Assembly: GCF_026210795.1 (NCBI RefSeq)
Contig: NC_089433.1
Coordinates: forward strand, 2,046,001-2,110,000
Direction: 5' to 3'
Length of the DNA: 64,000 nt
DNA from: Rhizophagus irregularis
Lineage: Eukaryota
Within the stretch, counting starts at the first letter, position 1; each line of letters begins with the position of its first letter. Under the pieces are notes generated by a model. It did not search any database, was not told the origin of the DNA, and saw only the letters and a list, made by a program, of their open reading frames with translations. The translations under genes and the position numbers were made by a program. Shown here in pieces: positions 1 to 15,003 of this stretch.

Positions 1-1133
1 AGTAATAGATATCATGAATGCTAAAAGTGATCAACTATCAGATGCAAGGTTTATTAATAGACTGCATACTAAGAATAGACAACTGCAGTCCATCAAATGG
101 ATTTAATGAGTGAAAAGTTTGTTATCCATATATTTTGTATACTTTGCATGCATGAAAAGCAGGTTGTATTTTGATTAATAAAAATATGATATTATTCTTT
201 ATATATATGGCAAAAGTATAAATATTGTGTTATTCTATCCTACTGGTTAATCATGTACAATAAAACCATAATAACTCCTACTATCATAATATAATTGTTT
301 ATACAAAGACTGGACAATAAGTTTAAAGAAGCTGAAAAGTGTATGAATAGAGAGCTATATGAGGATATTAGGAAATAGCTTCTCAAACAGCTTGTAGCCA
401 TTGGATGTAATAGTAGAGAAATTGCTTTATATCAGTTTTTATGTAACACATATCCAAATGGTATTGACAAACCCTTTACTACATTTTATGAAAACTATGC
501 AATTCAGACAAGTAGTTCAATGACTAAGAAGTAAGAACTTCGCTTCTTAGGCTTTAGAAGCTATCGGATTAAAAGCTAAAATGTTAAGAATTGACTTTAA
601 AGAACGTAAAAAAAGTGCTATAATTCTTAGGGCTACTGTGAATGAACTTTGTGAGATTCTTACAAAATACTATTAATTCCTACTTATAGTACTTGGTGGT
701 CCATACTTTAATACCTTTTATTATTTTTTGTCATTCAGAGAGTGATTAGATTTCAGAACTTTATATCAGGAAAATAATGACTTTATAGTTTTAGCCTTTG
801 AAGTTTCTGTATTCTCCATATTTCTGTCAACCTCTGTGGCTCATTGTACTTTTGCTAGGAAATTTTGGAAATCTGATTCCAGAGTTTTTCCAGAGAGTCC
901 ATAAGCTTCCTAAAAAAGATACTTAATATACAGAATCAAGTTCCTTGAAATAGTTTTATAAATTGATGGAAACTCAACTGATGGATTTGATCTATAATAA
1001 TCATTAATTCAAGTATATTGGAATTCTTTATCTAATTTACGCTCAATATATTACTACTAGTTCTTTTAACAATATTTTTCAATCTACAGGTTTTTTTTTT
1101 ATAATATTATTGATTGATTTCACATGCTATATA

Positions 1134-1305
1134 CAGTCAAACCTTGATATAGCAAACCCTTGATATAGTGAATTTTTCAGACAACTATAATAAATTTCCC
1201 CTTATTATAACAAATTAACCAATTAAATCTCTTAAAATCTTTACTATAACCCTATAGTGAAGTTGAGGTCTAGAACCTAGGGTTCGTTATAACAAGGGTT
1301 AACTG
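1134..1305. mobile_element. Tc1/mariner-pogo-type MITE
   Basis: Imperfect TIRs CAGTCAAACCTTGATATAGCAAACCC ... GGGTTCGTTATAACAAGGGTTAACTG, flanked by TA on both sides; no ORF. Confidence 0.65.
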
Positions 1306-2101
1306 TACTTTCAATTCCTGCAGTAAATATTTTTGAGATACAATATATCAAACCCAAGATTCTCAACTGACTCCGTACCATTCTTCATGACACGATTAGC
1401 TTTATTTAAAGCATATACTCACTTTGTGTAACCATTATTTCCTTATATGGAAAGTATTACACAATAAGAATTTATAATTTAGGCCAGAATTACAAACAAT
1501 TTTTTGTAATTCTAGCCAGAATTAAGATATACCTATATGACACTTATTTCTTTGCCTTCCTACATATAAATCATATGATTCTGACTTCATAGCATAAAAA
1601 ACTTTCTCCCATTACTCTCGCGACAATATTTACAAAAAATAAAAATTTTTTCAAAGTATAATTTTACTATTACTTTGCGTTACTACTAACTATTACATAT
1701 TTTCTAGTACCTACTGCTTTCTATAATCATGACAAGTAAATGAAATAATAAAGCTTCTGGTTCTTCTGCTATAAAACGTTCTACTCAGAGTTCTCCTTCT
1801 GGCAACGTTCAAGGTCAAGGTTCCTCTACTTCCACTCCCGTTAATACTTGCAACCTTTGGCTAACACTTCTGCAAAACGCATAAAAGTCTCTGGATTTGA
1901 AACTATTATGAACCAAGATATCGTTATCCCTCCTCCTCCTGCTCCTCAGAATACTACTTCAACTTCTTCTACTCCTCTTGGTAATACAAACGCTTCTACC
2001 TTTGACTTTACCGTTGGCACCTCTCTTGATGACTCCCAACATCCGGTGAGATCTCCCTATTCCCTCTGTCATCAATTTATAGAGTTGCGCAATAATTTAA
2101 A

Positions 2102-3653
2102 TTAATAATGAAATATTACCTGTAGTATGTAAACACGAACATCTTTAGCAATAGCTTTTTCACTTTTAATTTTATTAATAATATTTGGTATATCTAAATA
2201 CACGTTGATTGTTGTCTCTTCTTTTGAAAGTACTGAACCAACAATACATCCAAGAGTTAGTGAATATCGAAGACGAGATTTTAGCTTTGTATTATCAGTC
2301 ATAGCTACTACTGGACCATTATATTGAACTGAATCAATTAATCTTTTAAATCTAGCAACATTCTCATAACAACAATCTGGATTAGTCAAACAATCCTCAT
2401 CGTTTCTTCTTAACTGCCTATAAAATTAAAGTAAAATAAAATAAAAAACCAAATTTAAATAAATATATATTTATAAATTTAATTAATTATACCGAATTGA
2501 TTGAATTGTTTTGCCTTCTAAATTTTGACAAAATAAATCTAGAGCTCTTGAACTAAACCCTTCTAATATGACTAAAAAGTTTGTAAATTCATCACTATAT
2601 TTCATATTTCTTTTACTTTGATTTTTGATTTTTCTTTCAATAGCGTTACCCATCACTTCGCAAAGACTAGTGAATACTGGTACGTCTTTAAAAGCACATT
2701 TTAGTGCTTTATCAGCCAGAGTGATCCACAGATTTTCTGCTTGAATTTCAGATTCATTGTTAAGATTGTTCCAAATGTCACAGAAATCAAAATTTTGTAG
2801 AATTTTTTTTAAGGGGTTATCTTCCCAGTAATGTTTTAGGGTAAATTTGATATTAACAGGCAATGGTAAAGGACGAGCAATTTTATTGCTCAAATTTTTG
2901 TTATATCGAATTGAAGAACATTCGATACATACATTCACTTTTTCAGCAATTCCAGTACAAGTTATTGCACAAACAGAATTACCTTTAAAAGATTATTAAA
3001 AAAATCAATAACTAAAAAAAAACTAAAATACTTGATAAAATACTTGATAAATACATACTTAATCGATCAATCTTCCATATGGATTCTGCAAAAAGTTGTC
3101 GATTTAATTTCCTTTTTTGTTTATAATCCATTTTTTTCCTGCTGAATTTCTGTAAAAACAAATGAGAAAAAAGTTCGCGTACAACAACTTCAACATGATG
3201 ACTACCTCCAAATTGTGCAGAAGTTCGCTTAATGTATTTTAATATTTCTTCAGATTGAAAGCCAATACAAATTAACTTCCTTTTTTTAGCATTCCTTGTA
3301 TCACTTGTTTCTTCGATATTAATATTATCTAAAAATTCTTGATTTTGATCGTCATCATCTATTTCATCAATTTGGATTAAATCATCATCATCCATATCAT
3401 CATATACATCAAAATCATATTCTTCTTCTTCTTCAGTTTTTTCTATTAGTTTAAACCAGTTATAAAGTGTTCTTTGTCCTTTATTTGCTTTACATCCAGA
3501 ATGTTGAACATGACGGTTAAGATAATCTTCTTCCCATTTTCAATTTAATTTTATTTTTTTTCCACAAATACACACTACTTTTTTAGGATGTATAACACAA
3601 GCAACATATTCATGTTTTGAAAGTCTTTCGAAGCTATATTTCCAACTTGGCAT
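2102..3653 (-). pseudogene. Disrupted, intron-containing DNA-transposase gene (P-element/THAP9-like N-terminal half)
   Basis: ATG at 3653 gives MPSWKY..VVCICGKKIKLN*KWEEDYLNRH..C (Zn-finger-like, in-frame TGA). ORF fragments 3012-3395, 2483-2938 and 2102-2389 are separated by intron-like gaps. Motifs SSRALDLF..QSIR and VVAMTDNTKLKSRLRY..GCIVGSV..AKDVRVYILQ resemble P-transposase patterns. Truncated after ~2120. Confidence 0.55.
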
Positions 3654-4029
3654 ATTTAAGATAAGCAGATAACAAAAAGACAAAGAAAAAAAATTTTTTT
3701 TTTCAAACAATAATGCAAAATATATCTCTGATATATCATAGATTGCTAATCAACAGGTTAATTTTTATTCACAACGTGTTCAATTTTATATATATAATAT
3801 ATAATTTTCCAAATTTAAGCTAAAAATACGCAAATAGAATATTTTATATATAATAAATTTGGCCAAAAATATGCAATCTGATGATCAGACTATGGCCAAA
3901 AAAGTCTCAAATAATACACAAATTCAAACTTTACCTCGTATATTGTTACTATGATGGTGACGCATTCCTGTACCCTACTCCTATATATATATTTCTGGGT
4001 TCTGGTATGGCATTGTCTTTGATTGTTAG

Positions 4030-5760
4030 ATTTAATAATGATCACTAAAATCTATTACTTGCTTAAGGTTTATTAATCGATAAAAGCCTTGATTCACATA
4101 ATTGAATATTCAGCAATATTGTTAAAGCTACCGGTATACAGCCTGTTGTTATTATTACGGATTCTGATCCAGCTGTTGATGCAGCTATTCGTCAAATACT
4201 TCCTTCTACTTACCTGATTCATTGCGCCTTTCATATTTCTCAAAATTTGAACAAAAATCTAAGAAAGTTATTAGATAATGATTATCAAAATTTTATTCAT
4301 AATTTTTACAGCTATCGTAATTGTATTATTGAAGATGTTTTTCAACAGTGTTTTAACAAGCCAAGCTTATAGAAAATTACTTAAAGCGAAAAATTATTTA
4401 GAACATCTTTATAAATTGAAGGAATATTGGGCTTATTGTTATACTAAATATCACTTTACGGGCAGGATGATAGCTAGTTCTAGAGTTAAATCGATTAATG
4501 CTTATTTAAAGCGTTTATTAAACAATTCTAATATTCTGTTATATGACCTTATATTTGAAATTCAAAGACTTCTCGATCAACAGAATAAAGAAGGGAATAT
4601 GAATTCTAGTGTCTAGCAATTTCTAATATAAGAAGGTAAAACAATATAAACTTTTTGTTTACATGAATTGACAATGCTTGCAAGATTTTCTTATGTCAAT
4701 AATATTGAAAATGCATTGTGACGAGATGAATCAATGATCTTTATATTATGTAGCAAGCAGGGTAAACCAAGATGTTGATATGCATGAGGTAAATTATTTT
4801 GGTAAATTGGTAATATTTGTTGTATGTAGAATACTTATAAAAATCTAGTAGTACTTTATACAGAAAAGAATATCTGAGGTTGTGATTGAGCAATTATCTA
4901 ATGATATTCTGAAAGCTACTTTAAATCAAATGATAGAATTTGTTGAATCACATAACATTAGGGAAATCTGGGCTATTAATGTAGGAAATTCGTTAGATAT
5001 CAAACATTATGTTTTATTGTTACAGAATTGGGGTATTTATATTCGTGTCTTTTAATTATGCAATATGGAATTATCTGCAGACATTACTTTCAGGTAATGC
5101 TAGTGACAAAAATGGCATTTTTTCATATACAATTTATTCCTTTTCGATAGTATAATAATGACAAAATGCTAAAAAAGTTACACAAGAACCATTTATAGTC
5201 GCTGATAAATTTATACAGAAAAACGTCATTTATAATTATGATGAATTTAATGATTCTAATACAAATTTTTGTTTATTTAATCAAAACAATAATGGATTTT
5301 GTGAAGAGAAATTAACAATTCTTGAACAGAAACTTATCTATGGAAAATTACATAGGATGTATAAGAAAGCACTAAACAAGGCTCTACAATCTAATTCTAA
5401 GTCAGAACAGCTCATCAACTTGTTACAAGAATTCACAGAAGATGGAGAATTAGATTTAGATAAATTGGATGACATTAATCATTAAGAAGATGAAACAAGC
5501 AATAAAGAAAATATTGATCCTTCAGTACCGATCTTGTAAAATCCAAAAAAGAGATGTGGCAAAGGATGACCCTTAGGTACCAAAAGATTTAAGTCATCCA
5601 CTGAAATTCCCAAACCTAAAACATGAAATCAACAACATTGCAGGAAATGTGGGAAAGTTGGCCATTATCAAAAGAATTGTAAGGTAATAATCAGGTGTCA
5701 ATTTTTACTTACATCTTTGTTTCTTTATATTGACCTTATTATTATATTTAGAAATAAGAA
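4030..5760 (+). pseudogene. MULE (Mutator) transposase remnant
   Basis: IITDSDPAVDAAIRQILPSTYLIHCAFHISQNL (MULE DDE domain), SWIM-like GIICRHYF, and C-terminal CCHC knuckle CRKCGKVGHYQKNC; many stops and frameshifts. Confidence 0.85.
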
Positions 5761-8700
5761 GTATAACTATAACATTTGGTGGAACAATCTGTTGGGTAAT
5801 TACTTAGAGTGTATAATAAGACATTAATAGAAAAATGTATAAAATGTATAGAAAAATGTATTAATACCATAATGCTAAGAACTAATTAATTAATTCGTAC
5901 AATTTATTGCTATATTTTTAACTAATAAAATCACATGATAAATTTGCTAAACACATGACATTTGAGGACCGGTGATATATCGCCATAGCAATAAAAAAAA
6001 AATCCTTATATAAATTTTATATTTATTTATTTATTACATTAAAAAATAAAAAACAATTAGGCAGTAAGCATATATAGTTAGTATGAAGGTATGAATCACG
6101 TGATTATTAGTAACGATTCGTAATTCTACCCAGCATTATGCTTAAAATTATGCTTGAATCTGGTCAAAATTTTACAGAATTTTTTTGATTCCATCACCGT
6201 TGTTATATCAAATTACATAAATTAAGTGTTTTTGGTTAAATACTTCAAGAGTTCATGTCACGTCTTATGAATAAAAATACATTCTAATTTGTGATTTAAA
6301 TTTCTTTAATACCGTAATTAATTATTATTAAATACCGTAATTGATTTTAGTGATTGAAAATAAAAAAGACGTTCGATATAAATTTCTTGCTAATTCAACT
6401 AGTATTCAACTTAAAAAATTAAATATCAAATTATAAATTGGAATACAATTAATTTATCTAGAATTTAAAACATCACGTTAACCAACATAAAAAACTTATA
6501 TATCAGACGCGTAAAAGTGTAGAACGCGAAAGATTAACAATTAACCTGTAAAGTAACAGTCGATAAAAAGATCAAACAATTATCCTGTAAAAGTATAGTT
6601 TAACAATTATTAAATATAATTAGTATAATTTAAAAAATCAAATTGTATTCAATGTATTCGGTAACTTCGGTAACTTTGATAACTGAATATCCTTTTAAGA
6701 TATACAAGTACAGTATTACTAAAAAAATAATGGTCATTTCACCGTTCGTCCAAAATCGATAATAAAATTGATAATAGAAAGTAACAAGGTTTTAAAGAAA
6801 TTTCATTAATTTAAAGTTACTAAAAAATTTGAGAAATTTTAAGGTTCTTCTTGTTATAATATGTTTACGTTTGTTATAAAGTATGAAACGTTTTAAAATA
6901 ATTTAAAGTTCAAAGATGGTTAATAATTTTACAGTAAGAAAAAAAAAAAAAAAAAAAAAGAGATAAAGAACGCCGTGAACTTTTTTTTTTAATAATATAA
7001 AAATATGTTATCTAGGGGTTTTCTCCCTCAAAAAAGAAAAAAAAGAAAAAAAAAGGAGTACTACCCCTTAAAGATAAAAAAAGATAAAAAAAAGAATAAA
7101 AAAAGAAAAAAAGAAAAAAGGCGTTTACTTCGGAGTAAAGATATTGGATTTTAATCAATTATTCCGAAAAGCCAATTTCCCATTAACCATTACTTAACCA
7201 TTTAGTCGGTTCCCGAATCACGATCAACGAATCAAAAAAAAACACGATAAGGGAAATAACAATAATCCCAATTTTGTTTAATTAAAAAAAAAACAAAAAA
7301 ATATTTGGATTAAATTATAAATAATGAAAAAAAGAATTCCATTATTCTTGTTATTAAAATAGCCAAGAAACAATAATTCGGTGTAAACAACATTTTTTTT
7401 TTAAAGTGTTAATTAAATATCATTAAAATTAAATTTCATAATACGCCCAATGTAATAATAAATAAATATGGTAATTATCAATGTGATCCAAAATAACTTT
7501 AAAGTTTAATAAATGGCAAAATTTGGTTCATGACTATTTGAGTTAAATATTACCAAAAATTTTTACATTTTGTAAAAAAATAGAAATTTTTTAAAGCCAA
7601 ATGAACATTTTCAATGCTTTGAAACAAAAATATTTAATAAACAAGAAAAATAGAATAATGATATCAATATTACGATTATTATTCAAATAACTTTAAAAAC
7701 AAAAAGTATATATATAACCCATGTATAACCTAATTAAAATTAATTTTTATTCCGTACACAACACGGGGTCACGGGCACTCCTATATAAGTGAAATACAAC
7801 GGAAAAATCATTAGCTATAAAAAAACAATAATAATAAATAAATAAATAATCAGCTGACGCAAAGAACACCTGAAAAAATTAGCCTTCAATCGTAAGGAAA
7901 AAGAAATTTTCTTTGTTGGCTGTAAGCTCTTATATTACTTGCATTTGAAAAGAAAATAATTCCTTAATTAGGAATGATGAAAGACAAAGGATTGAAAATT
8001 TCGTTGTGTAAGTAATTAAAATAAAAGTAGTACAATTACAAACGAAGAAATTTATTAAATAAAGTTGTGTAAAGTAAACATAATTAAAGGGGGGAAGATG
8101 TTACAAAGAATTAAAGAAGTAATATATAATAACAGCCTGAATGTTTGATGAATCGCGTAAAAAATGTAAAATAAAAATTCATTGTTATAATCGCGTTAAG
8201 AAGAAAATTTATTTATATCATGTTTACTATAATGAGATCAAATGCATAAAATTTAATACCAAGTTACAAATCGCAGCAGTATCAGCGTGAGTATATGCAA
8301 GTTATCAATGGTCCGTGCAAAATAATTTCACGTTTTAATATCTATATACCGAAGTTAGATAAAATCAATTCACCTAAATTGGATTTTGATATGAACAAAT
8401 AAATTTTTTATGTTTGTCAGATGACAATTACAATTGTAAACAAGAAGATAATCAAAAAAGATAAGATCAAATCTTTTTTTGACAAGTTGAAAATTTATTA
8501 TAAAGTTAAAAATTTCTATTAATTTGGTTATATTACCAGCCTTTTTTTACGCTCTACATTAAAAAAATATCATAATTGGTAATTGTCAAAAAAAAAAAAA
8601 CCTTTGACCGGGTAAATTATAATCTCGCGTGAACAAAAAATATTCCAGTCATGATACTATTTTCAGCACAGCACGAGCCAACTGATTAAAAAAAAAAGAA

Positions 8701-9688
8701 TTCTAACTATGATATTCACGATATTCAGCATCCCTTGAAAAAAAAAATATATCGTTTTTGTGATACATAAAAATATTGCCTGTGCTTTATGCACTCCACA
8801 CGACCAAATAAACTCCAACTTTTACTGCGCTCCTCTGTAGTGATACATCAATAAAAGTAAATATGTACAAGACAAGTAAATCGTAACGATATTTGGAAGT
8901 TCATTGGCTAAACTATAAAATCATTTTTGGAATATATATAAACTTTAATTTAGAAGATACTATTAAAAAAATTTCAACTTTTTTTGAACATAACAATAGC
9001 AACAATAGAAAATGATCAAGTGATAATTGTCAATTGTTTTAATAATGCATAATTATGTTATATGGCGGAAAAAAACCCCCCTCTTATCTTTGGCAAAAAG
9101 ATGAAAATTTTAATTGGTTTCGGACTGCTTAGAATTTCTTAACATTTATTTATTCAAAATAAGACTTTTTTTTATTTTAATGTTCTGTTAAAGTAATCAA
9201 CTGCTTTTTAAACGTTTCATATTTGAATGAAAAATATGATACGGGCATTGCCTGAGAAAAAATTTATGCATAATATTCACTAATATGGAATTGCTTTCAA
9301 TATTTTCCTAAATTACAATTCCCGAGTTATAAATTGAAAGATAGGAAATATTCGAAATTATTTTAGGTTAAACAATAAAAAAAAAACTTTAAATTAGTTT
9401 CTAAAATAAAAATTTTTTTTTTTATACCGTTAAAATAATAATGATGATGATGATCAGGGGTTAAAGAACGGTGTTATCCGAAATGAATAATGTGGACAAG
9501 AACATTTTTTGCATTATCTATATAACAATAAAGGGGTATATTGTGATAATAAGTAACAAAAGTGGGTTGAATATCACGCGTATTTGCGTTTTTTTATCTA
9601 CCGTACCGCAGTAATATTTGGTTTTTTAACTGTGTAACAAAATTTATATATTATATATATATAAATGATAATATAATATGTATAAATG

Positions 9689-9726
<38 letters not shown>

Positions 9727-9858
9727 AATATTATATTATTAATTTATTAATTTATTAATTAATTAATAAATTAATAATTAATTAGAACTTAAAATATTTA
9801 AAATATATTTAAAAATACCTGGAATACTTTTAAATACTTTTACTTTGAATATTTGAGA

Positions 9859-10004
9859 ATACTTTACTATACTTTACTATACTTTACTATACCTTTACTA
9901 TACCTTTACTATACCTTTACTATACATTTACTATACATTTACTATACTTTACTATACTTTTACTATACTTTTACTATACTTTTACTATACTTTTACTATA
10001 CTTT
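9859..10004. repeat. 10-12 bp minisatellite (ACTTTACTAT and variants)
   Basis: About 13 tandem units; the unit drifts from 10 to 11 to 12 bp along the array. Confidence 0.9.
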
Positions 10005-13000
10005 ATTATTATTAATATCATGCAAAATGTAAATTTTCTGACATCCAACAATACAAAATGATCTTTGATACGGATCTTCCACATATAATTTTTGATATCC
10101 AAGCTATATTTGTAATATTTTTTTTCAGAAATAAAAAAAGACTTGCAAATAAAAAAATTTCGATTTTCGATTCGATGCTGTTTTTTTTTTATTCTTATCG
10201 TACCAATCAATCAGGATTCGTCAATATTCAAATATTTTTTAAATATTTTAAATATATATCAAATGCAAGATGAAACTCATATGAATGAGATTATGTTGTT
10301 ATGCAAAGTATGCTGAATATCAAGCTTAAGTCATATGTTTCGTTCGTAAATTTTTTCCCATGAATCCTCTTTACAATCAAATTTTATAAACCCATTATGA
10401 ATTTAATTAACTTGTCATTTATTCAATTTTAAATCGAAATAACTAAACTTTAATTGTAATCTCATTTGGTTTCAATTTCGAATATTTATAAAAGATATAT
10501 TATATATCCACTTATAAAAGATAATGCACCATAAAATTTTAATCCCTTGCATAAATAATAATAATAATAATAATAATAAATTTTTCATTCATGTTATTAA
10601 CTTGTTTGTTGTTGTAATACTTCAAGTAAGAAATAACTAAAAGATAAATAATATAAGAATAAAATTATTTATAATGGTAAAAAAGAAAAAATATTTCTGT
10701 CAAAATTACGTCAAGATCTTAGAGAGATATGGTCATTTGGCGCATGCTCTCCGCCATAAATAAATTCTCCTAAATTAAATTTCTTCAAAATCTTGAATAT
10801 TTTTTTTTTTCTCGTATGACAAAGGTTATTTCCTGGGGTTGAACCGATAAACCTGGATTTATTTACATAGTTCCAGACCTTTTAATGAACACGTGGAAAG
10901 GCACGGATGATTTTTTTTTTTCACCATTCACAAAGTACAAGAAAAAAAAAATAAAAAAATAAAAAATCATTTATTTTTTATGCATAATGTAAAAAAGTTC
11001 ATCGAGAATATTTTTTTTTTTTTTTTCAAAAAAAAAAAAAAGAAAGAAAGCAACTTTTTTGAATGTGCCTCAAAATAGAAATTTTCATACTATATAGTTC
11101 ACACATAAATGGTACATAAATAACATGTTATTTTGCATAAAAATTATGCATATAACACAAACATTTTAGCGTGAAATTTTTTTATAAATCGAGTTTATCA
11201 ATAAAATATAAATAATAAATAATACATATATACATAAAATACATACATATATATATAAAGTATATAAAGTATATAAAGTATATAAAGTAATATATATATA
11301 TATATATTCCCAAAACTGAAAGAATAAATAAAAAATGACAAATTTGGATGATGTATCTTATTGTCTATTACGAACGGGTATTACGTGACTTGTGAAAATT
11401 TAATTGATAAATGAAAATTAAACCAAAAATTAATGAGGAATTAAAAATTCCGTCTTTTTTTTTATTTTAAACCGATGCAATCGTTTATGATGAGAACAAT
11501 AGAATTATTATAATGAAAGAAACTTTAAAGTTCTTATAAGCTTTGATGATAATGAATAGACCATTGTTGACACGTTGACGGCTTTATTCGGCTTATTTTT
11601 TTAAGGAGACTTTTACTTTTTTGCATTAAAATGCATTTTTCATTCAAACGTCATTATATAACTTACATAATGCAAACGATGCATTCATCAATTATAACGT
11701 TCTTCTCCTTAATAATAAACGGCTTTGTTTTTTTTTTGTGTAAGATTGATTATTGATTATTGATTATTTTTTCTCACTCTTAATTCCTGATGGTGGGAGG
11801 AAACAAATATCTTCGGGGTTATTAAATTTAGAAAAAAAAAAACTAAAAAAAAATTTTTTTTTCTTCAAAGAAATATCCTTGCATTCTCTATTGTTGTTTT
11901 TCCTATTCACAAGTTTTTTTTTTCCTGCATATTCATACTTATTCTCATCGGGGTAGTCTTTCAAAACATTTTTTCACTTTCTTACTTTTTTACTTTCTAA
12001 ATAAAGAAAGTTCGTTAAACTTTTTTTTTTAAAAATATAAAATTTTTTTTCTTGTAAAAAAACTTGATTATTATTATTATTATTAATTATAATAAATAAT
12101 ACGTGGATAAATTACAACGAATAAAAAAGAAAAAAAAAAAAAATTTTATAAAAAAAAACAACGAAAACTTTTTTGGACTTTATTTGTATTTATTTCGTTA
12201 TTCATCGTGATTTTTTTTTTAACCTTTTTTCTTCAAATAAAAAAGGAAAATCTTGACAATCATTTTAATTTATTTAATTTATTTTGTGTTATAAAAAAGA
12301 TTTCAAGCGGAATTTACTAATTTATTCGAATGTGCACTTTTAAAGCTAAAAATATTTATTATTATTATGATAATAATAAAAAATAATAAAAATATAATAA
12401 CTTTGTTTATAAATAAATAAATAAATAAACAAAAATTGGTCCGTGTTCATGAAACAAATTGAATTATTGGAAAAACCAAGTAAAGATGCAAGTAAAAAAA
12501 AGAAAAAAAGAAGAAAAAAAAACTTGTTATTACTCATTTGGTTTGAAAGAAGTGTTATATGACTTAATGATGCATATTTTTTTTTTTCAATCGTTCATCT
12601 AACGGAGTACCAATTCCGGTTCTTTGGCTTAAAGGAATTTTTTGGTAAGAACAATCATATCAATTACGTGTTTATTTTAAAAAAAGAAAAAAATGTTTTA
12701 TTATATATATTATAATTAGGATGATAATACAGTATATAAAATATTTATATATATATATTTATCATATATACATATATATATATGTAATATATATCGGGAT
12801 TTATAAAATAACTAATTACAATAACGTGAATCCACACAAAATCCGCGTTTGTATAAGCAACAAATCATGCACTAATTTATTATTCGAGCATTCATGCTAT
12901 AAAAGAATAATTTACGGATAATCGTGTTTTCTTCTAATCTATATCATACTCATTTCCATATACTGTTAGTTAAACGGGATTCAATTGGAAAAGAATCTGG

Positions 13001-13725
13001 TTTAAATATTAATATTTTAATGTACATTGCAACGAATGAACTTTTAGTAGTTTTGATTAAAATTAAAATTTATTATTTTATTATTTTATTATTTTATTAT
13101 TTTATTATTTTATTATTTTATTATTTTATTACTTTATTACTTTATTACTTTATTATATATTTATCATTATTTATCATTATATTATCGTTATTATTATTGT
13201 TGTTGTTTTACATTTACATTTATATTTATATTCGGTCATCGTTTTTTTTTTCCAATCATTCATGGATTAAAAGAGTATATAAATTGTTACACATCATTTT
13301 TTTATTTGGTTATAAAATTGTGTTTTTTTTTGAAAGATTCTTTTTTTACCGAATCTGAAATTTTTTGTTGTTGCATAATCAGCTGCTTTTTTCTTAAAAA
13401 AATGATAATAACAAATTGTTAATACTTACATAATCCAATTATTTGTAATGGGCTTTAAATATTATTTTTCTGTCCCCGAACATCATCATCTGTTCATCAA
13501 TGAATATAATTCAAAAAAAAAAAAATTTTTTTTTTTTTTTGATAAAATTTTTTTTTTCTCTGCAATATGCACTATCCCTGAGAAATACTATAAACAAACT
13601 AGATGGCTGGACTCATTTATATTTTCATTAATAGTAATATAAAAATATTTTATCTTTAGATTAATTCGGGGGTTTTTTTTTGTATAATGGAGTTCCGTAT
13701 ATACTTTATATACTTTTACATATAC

Positions 13726-13772
<47 letters not shown>

Positions 13773-14194
13773 CTGAAATTTTATATATATAAAGACCTGG
13801 TCAGTGAGCTATTTTTCTTTCCACAGAATTAAATAAAGTGTAGGGTTATTAAAACCACTCTTCTTTTCTTCTAAGATTGTATGATAGGTTCTCAAAATTA
13901 TTATTCATTACCAATTACCTCCTCCTTTTGTTTTTTTTACACTCTCTTTCATAAACCTCGAAAAACACGAATTTTTCTTTACGAATATTTATAATATATA
14001 TATATAAAAAAAAAAAATAATAATAATTTTAGAATCTTCAATTATATAAAATAATAGGTCATAAATTATTTATTATTTATTTATTTCTTATATAAATAAA
14101 TAAATATATATAATATATATATATAGTTTTTTTTTTTTTAAAAAAAAAACAAATATATCATTACATACGAATACAAACCTTACACACCAAAAAG

Positions 14195-15003
14195 ATGAAT
14201 ACCGATACATCAGATGTTGCTGGAAAAAAACCTTCCATAAAGAAGGGAAGGTGGTGCAAAAAAGTGAGATATTTTTTTCATATGATATATATACACATAT
14301 ATATAATAAACAATTTAATTTTGTTCGGCTGACAAAGCAAAAACCACAGTAAATAATATAATTGTACCACTAACATATTATTATAATTAATTTTAGGACG
14401 ACGATTTTTTAGCACATCTGGTCTCCTTAGAGTCGTCGAAACCCAGATGGCGACATATTGCCGAAAAATTCGGCAGTAGGAGTGGAAAACAATGTAGGGA
14501 GAGATGGGAAAATCACCTCAAAAATGGAAGTGAGTATTCTATGTTTACTTCACGTGATTTTTTCGAATTAAAAAGAATTTTATGAAACAAAATTAACTTA
14601 ATGAACCCCTTTTACTTTTTAGTCGTCAAACGACGATTCACGGCCGCCGAGTCGGCATTTATTCATAATGAGGTGGAGAGATGCCGACCAGAAGCACCAA
14701 AATGGGCCTTAATTTCAGCGAAGCTGGTGAATTCCACTCCGCTGATGGTGAGGAACCATGTCAACAATTACCGCAGGAAAAGGACTGCAAATGCCCTAAA
14801 ACATCGGAGGGCAAAATTGTACCAAAACAGGTCAACCTCAAAAATAACAGGTTTGTTCGTCATTCGTTTTTTTTTCTTGAAAAAAAAAAAAAAAGAAAAA
14901 GGATAATCATTAATTTTTTAATAAATAATTTTTAGTTAACCTTATGCCAAAGCCACAAAATCCACCGATAACGAAAATGTCTGTAACATTTTTGTTAAAC
15001 TGA
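14195..15003 (+). CDS. Small two-repeat Myb transcription factor, 165 aa; join(14195..14263,14397..14529,14623..14850,14936..15003)
   Basis: Manual splicing at GT-AG sites gives an open frame: KKGRWCKKDDDFL..RWRHIAEKFGSRSGKQCRERWENHL (Myb repeat), VKRRFTAAESAFI..KWALISAKLVNSTPLMVRNH (second repeat), ending KMSVTFLLN*. TATA-like TATATAAAG near 13785. Confidence 0.9.

Noticed and set aside
1729..2105. Ser/Thr/Pro-rich ORF fragment
   Set aside because: It has an early in-frame stop and is truncated at the adjacent transposase remnant; probably a retroelement or gene fragment, with no supportable product call.
9974..13642. Numerous short ORFs rich in F/I/K/Y/N (also 18425-20685, 22343-24453, 32474, 37825-40003, 50972, 55841-56367, 58775)
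   Set aside because: Low-complexity translations of AT-rich non-coding DNA, repeats or TE termini, many with non-ATG starts.
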